Below are positions 27,522-36,660 of a DNA stretch of 54,319 bases, piece by piece (within the stretch, counting starts at the first letter, position 1; every line of letters begins with the position of its first letter). A program made the position numbers and the translations under genes. This DNA is from Phocaeicola massiliensis (GTDB taxonomy: Bacteria > Spirochaetota > Spirochaetia > Sphaerochaetales > Sphaerochaetaceae): positions 1 to 54,319 of the forward strand of contig CAVEGR010000079.1 in assembly GCA_963615565.1 (NCBI GenBank), given 5' to 3'. Under the pieces are notes generated by a model. That model was not told where the DNA came from, did no database searches, and was given only the letters and a program-made list of their open reading frames with translations.

Positions 27522-28784
27522 TTATACGTTCTCTAGAAGATACTTCTCAGCTTCTGCACACCATAAGCCTTTGTGAGCCTTAACAATTCTATCAAGTTCT
27601 GCAAACAAAGGATTTTCTTTTGCTTTTGACTCAAAGTCTGCAATAGCAGTTAAAGGCATTCTAATATGTGTATAAATCAGCTTTTTACCGCCAGGAATTG
27701 AGGGAAGATTCACTATTGTAGATGAGACAGCGTCTAGTCCACCTATATGTGTAATCATTGAAGATGGAGTTAACTGTCCTTTTGACATCATATCAAGAGC
27801 TTCAATCATATCACTTGTAGTCCCACCACTAGTTCCAACAAGATGATGAGAAGCATAGTGAACGTTATAGAAATTCAGCATTGCAGAGAAATCGGTCTTA
27901 TTGGGGCCGGCGAAGAAATTCAGACAACCATCATGAGATAGGATTGCATCGGCCTGCTCCACAAGAGATTTTACAGGAGCCATAACCAAGACATCGTCGT
28001 AGCCTTGGCCATCTTTTGTCAGATTACGCAACGTACTGACTGGGTCCGCAACATCTTTTGTGTTCAGATAAACCAATTTCACCCCGTTGCGTGCAGCTTC
28101 CTGCTCCGAGAAAAGTTCTTTTGCACGGGCAAGTCTTGCATCATCAATATCTGTTACAACCAAAAGACCCGGCTTTCTTGGATTGTGAATAGCATAATCT
28201 ATAGCACCAAGGCCCATTGGCCCTACACCAGCAATAATTGCAAGATTTCCGCCCTCAACAATGCCCATTTCATGGTCATAGCAGCCTTCTTTTGTGTGAT
28301 ACATTGCATGAAAAGTACCAATAATACAGCTTACAGGCTCCGCAAGAGACCCCTTATAGAAGGCCTCACCGTTGTACTTCAAAAGCCCGCCACCTTCCAT
28401 AATGTGAGGTGGAATTATTGCATAAGTGCTGAAGCCTCCACAGTATGGAAAACTATAGCCAGGATTACGCATCATGCCTTTGTAATTGATAGCAGGCTGA
28501 ATAGAGCATAACTGCCCCACCTTATAATCATTGGCCCACTTTTTTCCTACTTGCACAATCTTACCACAGAATTCATGACCAACAATTATTGGATTTTGAG
28601 CAATATCGTCAGGAACTCTTTTGTGTGCAGCCCCTTGCTCTGCAGCTTTGTGGTCGCTCATACACACAGAATTTGTTACTATTTCAAGAAGTATTTCATC
28701 TTCTGCTATTTCTGGAAACTCAAAGGTCTCCATTCTAAGATCATTTACACCATAAAGTCTGATTGCTGTAGTTTTTAATGCCAT
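27522..28784 (-). CDS. Zn-dependent medium-chain dehydrogenase, L-sorbose-1-phosphate reductase (SorE)-like
   Basis: Zn-ligand motifs CMSDHK and GHEFCGKIV, and Rossmann motif AGVGPMGLGA. ATG 28784 (MALKTT..) is preceded by AGGAGG; the track start 28805 is less likely. Confidence 0.8.
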   Translation of the reverse strand: MALKTTAIRLYGVNDLRMETFEFPEIAEDEILLEIVTNSVCMSDHKAAEQGAAHKRVPDDIAQNPIIVGHEFCGKIVQVGKKWANDYKVGQLCSIQPAINYKGMMRNPGYSFPYCGGFSTYAIIPPHIMEGGGLLKYNGEAFYKGSLAEPVSCIIGTFHAMYHTKEGCYDHEMGIVEGGNLAIIAGVGPMGLGAIDYAIHNPRKPGLLVVTDIDDARLARAKELFSEQEAARNGVKLVYLNTKDVADPVSTLRNLTKDGQGYDDVLVMAPVKSLVEQADAILSHDGCLNFFAGPNKTDFSAMLNFYNVHYASHHLVGTSGGTTSDMIEALDMMSKGQLTPSSMITHIGGLDAVSSTIVNLPSIPGGKKLIYTHIRMPLTAIADFESKAKENPLFAELDRIVKAHKGLWCAEAEKYLLENV

Positions 28785-28857
28785 AAAATCCTCCTGTGTT
28801 GTCAAAGTTAGTTATGCAGTAGCTAATTAAGTAGTAGATAGTCAAGCAATACCATTT

Positions 28858-29991
28858 CTAATTAAGCATTACTTGTCCGCCAGTAACTGGTACTGCCTGG
28901 CCGGTTTCGTATTCTTGTTCCACAATGTAGAACAGTGCTCTCATCACATCAATTGATGTGCAACCTCTTCCCATTGGTACTTTGGATTCATAGTATTTCC
29001 TTACATCTGCAACTGTTTTTGCTCCTGGAACCTTTCCAGTATTCAAATATTGAACAAATAATCCTCTAACGGGGTCACTCCAAAGTGGTCCATCCAAGAA
29101 ATTTCCTGGGCATATTGCATTAACCTTTATTCCGTCTTTTACAAGTTCTAATGCAAAACTCTGAGCCAATCCAATTACTCCAAATTTAGCTCCTGCATAA
29201 GCTCCATTCTTATTAGAACCCTCAAGTCCACTCTTAGAAGAAATTACTATTATATCTGTCAAAAGATCTTTTGCCGCCTCATGTTGAACTGCCATTTGTC
29301 TGCTGGCATGCTTTGTGCAAATAAAGAAGCCTTTGTAATCAATGTTTGTAACAAGTTCAAAATCTTTTAACGGCATTTCTTTTACACTTCCAGCTCTTAA
29401 GACACCTGCATTACTTACAAAAATATCTAAAGAACCCGTTTGCTGTTCTACAAAATCCATCATATTTATTACAGCTTCTTCGTCGCAAACATTAACTGCA
29501 ACTCCAAGAGCAACTGTTGCTTTAGCCTCTTCATTTAATTCATTAGCAAGACGCGTTGCACCTTCAATGTTCATATCTGCAATGAAAACAAAAGCACCTT
29601 TTTGAACAAGACTTCTAACAATTCCCTCGCCAAAACCTTGCGCACCACCTGTAACAAGAGCAACTTTTCCACTAACAACGTTATCTCGGTCTGCTTTGCA
29701 ATCTTCACGTTTTACATCTCTAGAAGGCTTTATAGAAACCCCTTCTCCTTTACAAGCTTCATCATATGTTAAACCAAGTCCAAAAACTGAATCTGAACCT
29801 TCTACAGCTATTGTTGCAGGATAGTTACCTTTAGAAACAAAGTCCTCAAACGTCTTGTTCCACTCATTTTTTTCACCATTAAGTAGCAATGAGGGCATTG
29901 TTTTCTCTAATTGAGCCTCAAGGGTCTTAACAAAAAGACACCTATTTCCATCAAAAGTTAAACCTCTAATATATGCTGCTAAATGCTCCAT
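28858..29991 (-). CDS. Short-chain dehydrogenase/reductase (sorbitol-6-phosphate dehydrogenase-like) with a ~105-aa N-terminal extension
   Basis: TGGAQGFG at residues 114-121 and the catalytic YAGAK motif. GGAGG lies upstream of the ATG. Confidence 0.85.
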   Translation of the reverse strand: MEHLAAYIRGLTFDGNRCLFVKTLEAQLEKTMPSLLLNGEKNEWNKTFEDFVSKGNYPATIAVEGSDSVFGLGLTYDEACKGEGVSIKPSRDVKREDCKADRDNVVSGKVALVTGGAQGFGEGIVRSLVQKGAFVFIADMNIEGATRLANELNEEAKATVALGVAVNVCDEEAVINMMDFVEQQTGSLDIFVSNAGVLRAGSVKEMPLKDFELVTNIDYKGFFICTKHASRQMAVQHEAAKDLLTDIIVISSKSGLEGSNKNGAYAGAKFGVIGLAQSFALELVKDGIKVNAICPGNFLDGPLWSDPVRGLFVQYLNTGKVPGAKTVADVRKYYESKVPMGRGCTSIDVMRALFYIVEQEYETGQAVPVTGGQVMLN

Positions 29992-30001
29992 AAAACCTCC
30001 A

Positions 30002-31339
30002 TTAACACTTTTTAACTAAAATTTCTTCACATAAAGTTCTTGCACTTTCTAGAACATGAAAATTATCAAGCTCTCTTCCAAGTTCTGCATACATCTTTAT
30101 CCTTCTTTCCAAATCCAAATCTCTCATTGGATTTGAGCTAGCAAACAAACCAAAATCTGGCTTAATAGTTGATAGTTTTTCATGTGCAACTAATGCCCAA
30201 GCAGAATCTACAAGATGAGAACATGTATCCTTAAGTAGTTCAGGACAATTAAAACTTTGCCTACTAGAATTAACATCAACGCCACTTATTTGCATGAGAT
30301 TGTTTTCCTTGCAAAGCCTAACAATCTTTTTTATTTGAGCATCAGAATTTCTTGGTGGCATGAATGTCACAGCCTTAAACCCAATATTTGCAAGATATGG
30401 TATAAACTCATCCAAGTAAGAGTCTTCAAATTTTTGAGCTTTCTTATCTCCAGTTTTAGAATCTTCTACATCACCAAGATATGCATAAGCAGAAATTGCA
30501 CCAATAGAATTAGAAAATGAAAGAACTTCATTGATATCTGGACATTCTTTTTCATTTGGCTGAATGAAAAAGAGAGAAACAAAATTGCTTTTGAGAACAC
30601 CAAGAAGATCATACGAATAATGAGGATTATTTACATCCAAAAGATATGCTTTTTGCTTCTCCTGTAGCACAATACCCAATGAATCCAAGTAATATACTAT
30701 CTTTTCTCCTTTTTCATACTTATCAATTAACTTAAGTGCTACAGCATAAAGTATATGGCGTTCAGTAACAGAGCCACCTTCTTTATAACGTGATAAAGGA
30801 AGAACATCTTTGTCATAGTCTATGCTAAGATCTAGTCCTAGAGAATTGAACTTATTAACCATTTCTCTATTACGTAATCCTCTTGCTTCACAAATTGGAC
30901 GTAAGAAGTTCTTACAATCATCAATCTTTCCATTAGGGATGCCATGTACACACATGTAGCCAATGCCAAGGGAATCGGGATTATTAAGCCTCTTGGATGC
31001 AAATGGGGTGTGCATAAAGCTGGCTCTGAGTTCAAAGCCAACTGTTGAAGCCAAGCCAAAAAATTGCGTGCATTCCAAAAGCTCACGTGCAGCGCCTATG
31101 CTATCATGATCTATAGAGCCAACTATCCCCAAGCCCGCTTCCCATGCCTTGAAAGCAGCTAAAGCAGGCTCATATGGAGAAAAAGAATAAGTTGTATGAA
31201 CATGATTGTTCACTTCTTCTAGAACAGTTCTTGTAAGACGTCCATCTTGGATTTCCTTACCCAAGACTCTTGCAGCCTGAATACGTTTTTCATAGCTTTT
31301 ATCGTTTAAATCACGCTGTAGAGTCTTGTAAGAATCCAT
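30002..31339 (-). CDS. PHP-domain metal-dependent phosphoesterase family protein
   Basis: The HVHTTYSFSPY motif (H-x-H) is typical of PHP domains. ATG 31339 lies 2 nt after the E1 stop, with AAGGGAG inside the E1 3' end. The track start 31345 is a TTG. Confidence 0.7.
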   Translation of the reverse strand: MDSYKTLQRDLNDKSYEKRIQAARVLGKEIQDGRLTRTVLEEVNNHVHTTYSFSPYEPALAAFKAWEAGLGIVGSIDHDSIGAARELLECTQFFGLASTVGFELRASFMHTPFASKRLNNPDSLGIGYMCVHGIPNGKIDDCKNFLRPICEARGLRNREMVNKFNSLGLDLSIDYDKDVLPLSRYKEGGSVTERHILYAVALKLIDKYEKGEKIVYYLDSLGIVLQEKQKAYLLDVNNPHYSYDLLGVLKSNFVSLFFIQPNEKECPDINEVLSFSNSIGAISAYAYLGDVEDSKTGDKKAQKFEDSYLDEFIPYLANIGFKAVTFMPPRNSDAQIKKIVRLCKENNLMQISGVDVNSSRQSFNCPELLKDTCSHLVDSAWALVAHEKLSTIKPDFGLFASSNPMRDLDLERRIKMYAELGRELDNFHVLESARTLCEEILVKKC

Positions 31340-31341
31340 TG

Positions 31342-33798
31342 TCAAACTCCCTTCTTTTGAGTTCTGAAGAACTCTATGTCATTTCTATTTGATTTTAGCA
31401 CATATCCTTCCAGTGGAATAATTTGCTCGTGTATAGAATCAAGAATATCCACAGTATGAGCAAAATAGTATTCTTCCATTTCAGCAGGAGGAGTAATCCA
31501 GTTTCTAGAGCCAACAACAACACATGGAGCATCAAGTTTGCCAAAACAGAGTCTGTCAAGATTTGATGCAACAGTGTGCATATAGCTACCTCTTTCTGCA
31601 CTGTCTGTAACAAGAACGCAACGGCCTGTCTTGTTAACAGACTCTACAAGTTTTTCATATCTAAGAGGATTAATCCATCTAAGGTCTATAACCTCTGCCT
31701 TCATTCCATACTTTGTAAGCTCTTGTGCAGCAGATAGTGCTGTGTAAAGAGCTGGACCTAAAGCAATAATAGTAATGTCATCACCAGCAAGCTTTACATC
31801 TGGTTCACCTTCAGGGATTTCATAGTAGCCTTCTGGAACTCCTTCTTTGTGGAACTCTTCACCTTTTCCATACAGTTTCTGACTTTCAAAGAATACAAAT
31901 GGATCTGTTCCTCTAAGAGCAACATTCAGAATACCCTTTACATCATAAGGAGTTGCTGGATAAGCAGCTTTGAGACCAGGAACACATGAAACCATTGAAG
32001 TCCATTCCTGAGAATGCTGAGCACCATATTTATTACCAACAGATACTCTTAGAACAAGAGGCATCTTTAGAACACCAGCACTCATTGCCTGCCACTTTGG
32101 CATTTGATTAAAGACCTCATCTCCTGCACAGCCTAGGAAGTCACAATACATAAGCTCAACAACTGCACGTCCGCCAGATATTGCATAACCTACACCACTA
32201 CCAACAATTGCAGCTTCACTTATTGGAGCATTGAAGAATCTATGATAAGGAAGAAGCTCTGTAAGTCCTCTGTAGCATGCAAATGCACCACCCCAGTCTC
32301 TATGGTCTTCACCATATGCAATCATTGAAGGGTCATTTACAAATCTATGGAGCATTGCTTCAAAGACAGCATCTCTATATTGGTACTGCTTGGCAGCTGG
32401 ATACGGCTTTCCACTTTCATCAAATGCATAACGCTTTCTTCCTGCAATTTGCTTAACACGTGGATTTTCCTCAACTGGCTGAAGCAGTTCACTCTTTCCT
32501 TCTTGCATTGCAGGCGTATTTGTATTGCTGAACATAACATTTTCAATGAAAGAAGGCTCAATAATTGGAGAAATCTCATCATCTACAACAATAGAAATAG
32601 TTGTATGCATCTTATCTTTGATAATTTCATCCATCTTCTTGAGGTCTTCATCCACAACAAGGCCATTCTCTACAAGATATTGCCCATATGCTTTAATGGG
32701 ATCCTGCTCTTTAAACGCTTCAAGCTCTTCTTTTGTCCTATAAGTCATTGCATCTGATGGGCTATGTCCACTAAACCGATATGTAATAGTATCCAGCATT
32801 ACAGGTCCTTCGCCCTTAAGCAAAAGTTCCTTTTTGCGCTCAATAGCATCTGCAACAGCCAAAGGATTAAAACCGTCCACACGTTCAACATGCATTCCTT
32901 CTGGGTTTACACCAAGAGCCACTCTTGCTGGCATCCCGTATCCCATAGTTTCACCAATAGGCTGACCACCCATTGCATAGAAGTTGTCAAACACGTTAAG
33001 CATATATGGAGGATTGCCAGGATTTTCTTTCCATAAAGTTCTATATTGATCCATGGCACTCATAACTAGACCTTCCCAAACCGGACCTCTAGCCATAGCA
33101 CCATCACCGATATTTCCAATTACAATTCCCTTTTTATGGTTAATTTTCTTAAACAATGCAGATCCAAATGCAATAGTTCCACTTCCACCAACAATAGCAT
33201 TGTTAGGCATAGAACCAAACGGAGCAAAGAAAGTATGCATTGAACCACCAAGACCTCTAGAGAAGCCAGTACGTTTTGCATAAATTTCAGCTAAAGCACC
33301 ATAGAGAACAAAATTCTCTGCAGTATCCTTAACATTCTTGCCCTTAAAGTACTTCTCAACAACAGCATAGGTCTCGCCATTATTGAATTCTTTAATTATT
33401 TGCTCAATTTCTTTGTCTTCCATCTTTTCAATAGCAGACAAACATTTTGCAATAATTTCACCATGGCTTCTGTGAGAACCAAAAATAAAATCTTCTGGTT
33501 CCAAATTCATAGCTTGTCCAACACAAGCACTTTCTTGACCTGCAGAAAGATGGGCAGGGCCTTTATGATTGAACTTAACTCCCTGATAAACACCTTCTTT
33601 CTTTATGCTGTCCAGCATTGTCTCAAATTCTCTTATGACAAGCATGTCATAATAAACTCTTATAAGACGTTCTTTTCCATACTTCTTAAGTTCTTTCTTA
33701 AAATCACTCTTGTATTGGTTTACAGAAATGTCTTTACCTTTGACTACCTCTGCTTTTCTGAGTTCTGCAGGTTTAAAATCTTCAACATATTTAGACAT
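31342..33798 (-). CDS. Thiamine-diphosphate-dependent dehydrogenase E1 component with fused alpha and beta subunits (acetoin/pyruvate dehydrogenase type)
   Basis: 818 aa. The N-terminal half carries a TPP-binding block (GNIGDGAMARGPVWEGL..NVFDN). The C-terminal half is a transketolase-like pyrimidine-binding and C-terminal domain (..ISEAAIVGSGVGYA..). Confidence 0.85.
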   Translation of the reverse strand: MSKYVEDFKPAELRKAEVVKGKDISVNQYKSDFKKELKKYGKERLIRVYYDMLVIREFETMLDSIKKEGVYQGVKFNHKGPAHLSAGQESACVGQAMNLEPEDFIFGSHRSHGEIIAKCLSAIEKMEDKEIEQIIKEFNNGETYAVVEKYFKGKNVKDTAENFVLYGALAEIYAKRTGFSRGLGGSMHTFFAPFGSMPNNAIVGGSGTIAFGSALFKKINHKKGIVIGNIGDGAMARGPVWEGLVMSAMDQYRTLWKENPGNPPYMLNVFDNFYAMGGQPIGETMGYGMPARVALGVNPEGMHVERVDGFNPLAVADAIERKKELLLKGEGPVMLDTITYRFSGHSPSDAMTYRTKEELEAFKEQDPIKAYGQYLVENGLVVDEDLKKMDEIIKDKMHTTISIVVDDEISPIIEPSFIENVMFSNTNTPAMQEGKSELLQPVEENPRVKQIAGRKRYAFDESGKPYPAAKQYQYRDAVFEAMLHRFVNDPSMIAYGEDHRDWGGAFACYRGLTELLPYHRFFNAPISEAAIVGSGVGYAISGGRAVVELMYCDFLGCAGDEVFNQMPKWQAMSAGVLKMPLVLRVSVGNKYGAQHSQEWTSMVSCVPGLKAAYPATPYDVKGILNVALRGTDPFVFFESQKLYGKGEEFHKEGVPEGYYEIPEGEPDVKLAGDDITIIALGPALYTALSAAQELTKYGMKAEVIDLRWINPLRYEKLVESVNKTGRCVLVTDSAERGSYMHTVASNLDRLCFGKLDAPCVVVGSRNWITPPAEMEEYYFAHTVDILDSIHEQIIPLEGYVLKSNRNDIEFFRTQKKGV

Positions 33799-33804
33799 AT
33801 CTCG

Positions 33805-35163
33805 TTACCCCCTAACAATTTCACTACATGCATCTTTAATAAGTTCAGAAACACTAGGATGTGGGAACACAACCTCAGCAACATCTTGAACTCTTAGTTC
33901 TGCTTCTATTAATGCACTGGCACCCCAAATCATTTCACTTGAATATGGTCCAAGCAAATGAACACCTAAGACTGCTCCTGTTTCAGAATCTGCAACAACC
34001 TTCACAAGACCTGTTGCTCGTTTTCCGTTCTCTGCCAAGAACCTTCCATTTGCTCTCATTTGAACAGTTGCTGTCTTAACTTGCTTTCCCAATGCTTTTG
34101 CAGCACTTTCAGTTAAGCCGCAACCTGATGCTTCTGGACTTCCATAAACAGCCCAAGGAATGGCATTGTAACGCATAACCTGAGTGCGTTTGCCAAAGAT
34201 ATTATCAACAGCAACATCTGCCATTCTAGAAGCACTATGAGCAAGCTGACTTCTTGCGTTTATATCTCCAATAGCATAAATGTTTGAAACATTTGTCTGC
34301 ATTGTTTCATTAACAACAACAGCACCTCTTTCTATGTGTAAACCAAGAGGTTCAAGACCAGCGATATTTGCTCTTCTTCCAACGCTCATTAGCACTAAAT
34401 CACATTCAACTTTTTCTTCTTCACCTTTTGCATTTAGGAAAACAACACCGTTTTCAAGAACCCTAGTCACCTTGCATCCAAGATGGAAATCAACATCCTT
34501 CATTTCCCTTCTTAAGAGTTTTGCAAACTCGCCGTCCATCATTGGAAGAATTTCAGGCATCATTTCAATTACATCTACTTTTGTTCCTAGCAAGGAAAAG
34601 AATGAGGCAAACTCAACACCTATAACTCCACCACCTATAACAGCAAGCCTTTTAGGAATTTCTTTCAGCTCAAGAATTTCGTCACTGGTCACAACATTTG
34701 GTCCTTTTGACCCTTCAATTGGAGGAATAAAAGGAGAACTTCCAGTTGCAAGAATTATGTAATCAGTTTCATAAGTATCATCATTTACTTTTATATGATG
34801 ATTATCTTCAAAGACAGCCTCACCAAAAACAACTTCAACCTTGTTAGACTTCATTAAAAATGCAATTCCACTTCTAAGAGTCTCAATTGTTTCCATCTTC
34901 CACTTCATGGCCTCTGAAAGGTTGAAATTAACATCCTGACAATGAACACCAAACTTGTTGGCTTCCTTTGCATGAAGATATTGTTTTGCACTATTTAATA
35001 AGCTCTTGGTTGGAATGCATCCTCTATTTGTACACACTCCACCCAAATTTTCTCTTTCCACAAGAAGGACTTTCTTTCCAAGTTCGCCTGCGCGTTGAGC
35101 TGCAACATACCCGCCAGGGCCAGCTCCAACAACTATAAGATCATACTTTTGCATAACTTCCAC
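33805..35163 (-). CDS. lpdA: Dihydrolipoyl dehydrogenase (E3)
   Basis: FAD motif VVGAGPGGY and the redox disulfide CTNRGCIPTK. Confidence 0.92.
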   Translation of the reverse strand: MEVMQKYDLIVVGAGPGGYVAAQRAGELGKKVLLVERENLGGVCTNRGCIPTKSLLNSAKQYLHAKEANKFGVHCQDVNFNLSEAMKWKMETIETLRSGIAFLMKSNKVEVVFGEAVFEDNHHIKVNDDTYETDYIILATGSSPFIPPIEGSKGPNVVTSDEILELKEIPKRLAVIGGGVIGVEFASFFSLLGTKVDVIEMMPEILPMMDGEFAKLLRREMKDVDFHLGCKVTRVLENGVVFLNAKGEEEKVECDLVLMSVGRRANIAGLEPLGLHIERGAVVVNETMQTNVSNIYAIGDINARSQLAHSASRMADVAVDNIFGKRTQVMRYNAIPWAVYGSPEASGCGLTESAAKALGKQVKTATVQMRANGRFLAENGKRATGLVKVVADSETGAVLGVHLLGPYSSEMIWGASALIEAELRVQDVAEVVFPHPSVSELIKDACSEIVRG

Positions 35164-35164
35164 C

Positions 35165-36538
35165 TTATACCGATGCCATTAGCACATCTATATTTGCTAT
35201 GTTGTCACACAAAGCTTTTAAGAACCTTGCTCCTGGAGCTCCATCAATAGCTTGATGATCAATAGTAAGAGAAAGACCAATACTCTCTCTTGCAATTACT
35301 TCTCCATTCTCTTCAACATTCTTTAAAACAATTGCACCAACGCCAAGAATTGCAACTTCTGGAATATTTAAAACGGGAGTAAACGTTTCAATGCCAAAAG
35401 ATCCAACGTTTGAAACCGTAAATGTTGACCCTGTCAAATCATCTGGTTGAGCCTTTCCTTCATGGCAAAGGGAACCTAGTCTTTTAGACTCATTGCTAAT
35501 TTCTTTCAATGTAAGAAGATTTGCATTTTTAATTACAGGAACCATGAGCCCTTTCTTTGTATCTGTAGCCATTCCAAGATTAACATTAGAGAAAACTCTA
35601 ATTTTATCTCCTAGCCAATGAGCGTTCATATTTGGAAAACTAGTAATAGTTCTTGAAACAGCAAACATAACTAAGTCATTTATTGTTATTCCACCAACCT
35701 GCAAAGATTCATCTGCAGACTTAAAGACCTTTCGTAGAGCCTTTAATTTTCTGGCATCGGCATAAGTCATAAGAGTAAGCTGTGCAGTGCTGTTAAGAGA
35801 TTGCTGCATGCGTGATGCCGTGACCTTTCTAATGCCCTTAACCGGAATATCTTCAAACTCACAGGAAGAAGTCTCCTCATTGTTGCAAGAACTTGGTGCA
35901 GGCGCCTTGTAAAGATCGCTTGCCAGAACTCTGCCTCCAATGCCATGGCCAGATGTAGGGATGTTCAATCCATTTTTGCCAATTTCTTGTGATGCAAGTA
36001 TTTCCTTTGCAAGTGGAGTTAATGGCTGCATGCTCTTCATTGCTTCTTTTACGTCTCTTTCAACAACATTTCCCTTTGGCCCAGAAGCAGATATTGAAGA
36101 GATGTCTAATCCAAATTCTTTGGCTAGATTTCTTGCTCTTGGAGAGGAACCCACAGCTTCTTGAGTTCTTAAAGTAGGAGTAATATGGGCCTCTGATTCT
36201 TTCTTTGGCTCATCTTTTGGCTGCTCATTTGTACCTTGTGAGGCTGGATTCTCTGTAGTTGGATTCTCTGTGGCTGGTGCCAAAGCACTTATATCTTCAC
36301 CAACTTGCCCAATAATAGCTATAGGCAACATAACAGGAACCTCATCACCTTCTTCATATAATAGTTTAAGTATGGTTCCTTCTGCGCTAGACTCAACTTC
36401 TATAGTTGATTTGTCAGTCTCTGCCTCACAGATTATATCGCCAACAGAAATAGGCTCGCCTTCTTTCTTTTTCCATTCAACAATAATACAAGATTCAACG
36501 CTGTTACCTTGCTTTGGCATTACAACATGACTGGCCAT
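35165..36538 (-). CDS. Dihydrolipoamide acyltransferase (E2)
   Basis: Lipoyl site CEAETDKSTIEV and catalytic motif DHQAIDGAPGARF. ATG 36538 (MASHVVMPK..) is preceded by AAGGGAG; the track start 36622 is less likely. Confidence 0.9.
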   Translation of the reverse strand: MASHVVMPKQGNSVESCIIVEWKKKEGEPISVGDIICEAETDKSTIEVESSAEGTILKLLYEEGDEVPVMLPIAIIGQVGEDISALAPATENPTTENPASQGTNEQPKDEPKKESEAHITPTLRTQEAVGSSPRARNLAKEFGLDISSISASGPKGNVVERDVKEAMKSMQPLTPLAKEILASQEIGKNGLNIPTSGHGIGGRVLASDLYKAPAPSSCNNEETSSCEFEDIPVKGIRKVTASRMQQSLNSTAQLTLMTYADARKLKALRKVFKSADESLQVGGITINDLVMFAVSRTITSFPNMNAHWLGDKIRVFSNVNLGMATDTKKGLMVPVIKNANLLTLKEISNESKRLGSLCHEGKAQPDDLTGSTFTVSNVGSFGIETFTPVLNIPEVAILGVGAIVLKNVEENGEVIARESIGLSLTIDHQAIDGAPGARFLKALCDNIANIDVLMASV

Positions 36539-36612
36539 AAACACTCCCTTGGAGAAATTTACAAGACCACAATAAAATTTGTCTTGCAAAACCTCCTTAA
36601 AACAATAAAGCT

Positions 36613-36636
36613 GGGCTGTCAAAAATAAGACAGCCC
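36613..36636 (-). terminator. Stem-loop between fucI and the E2 gene (partial terminator or processing site)
   Basis: 8-bp stem GGGCTGTC (36613-36620) / GACAGCCC (36629-36636). On the - strand it is followed by AGCTTTATTGTTTT. Confidence 0.45.
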
Positions 36637-36644
36637 TAAAATTT

Positions 36645-36658
36645 AGTAACTAGTTACT
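36645..36658. promoter_or_regulatory. Perfect 14-bp palindrome AGTAACTAGTTACT immediately after the fucI stop
   Basis: Read directly. Its half-sites GTAAC/GTTAC resemble the operator-like sites at 38518, 38556 and 39142. Confidence 0.35.
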
Positions 36659-36660
36659 TA

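Noticed and set aside
28005-28511. Long antisense ORFs inside catabolic genes (28005..28511 +, 33400..33897 +, 37516..38058 +, 39690..40268 -, 24291..24680 -)
   Set aside because: Each lies opposite a gene with strong family motifs, and none has its own start signals or a recognisable domain.
31342-36538. Treating the E1/E2/E3 genes as the ordinary housekeeping pyruvate dehydrogenase that happens to sit next to fucI
   Set aside because: I did not fully reject this and list it as the main alternative in the finding. I consider it less likely for three reasons. The genes are tightly packed with the PHP, SDR, SorE-like and kinase genes. The putative operator set is shared across the locus. The window has no aldolase and no lactaldehyde enzymes.
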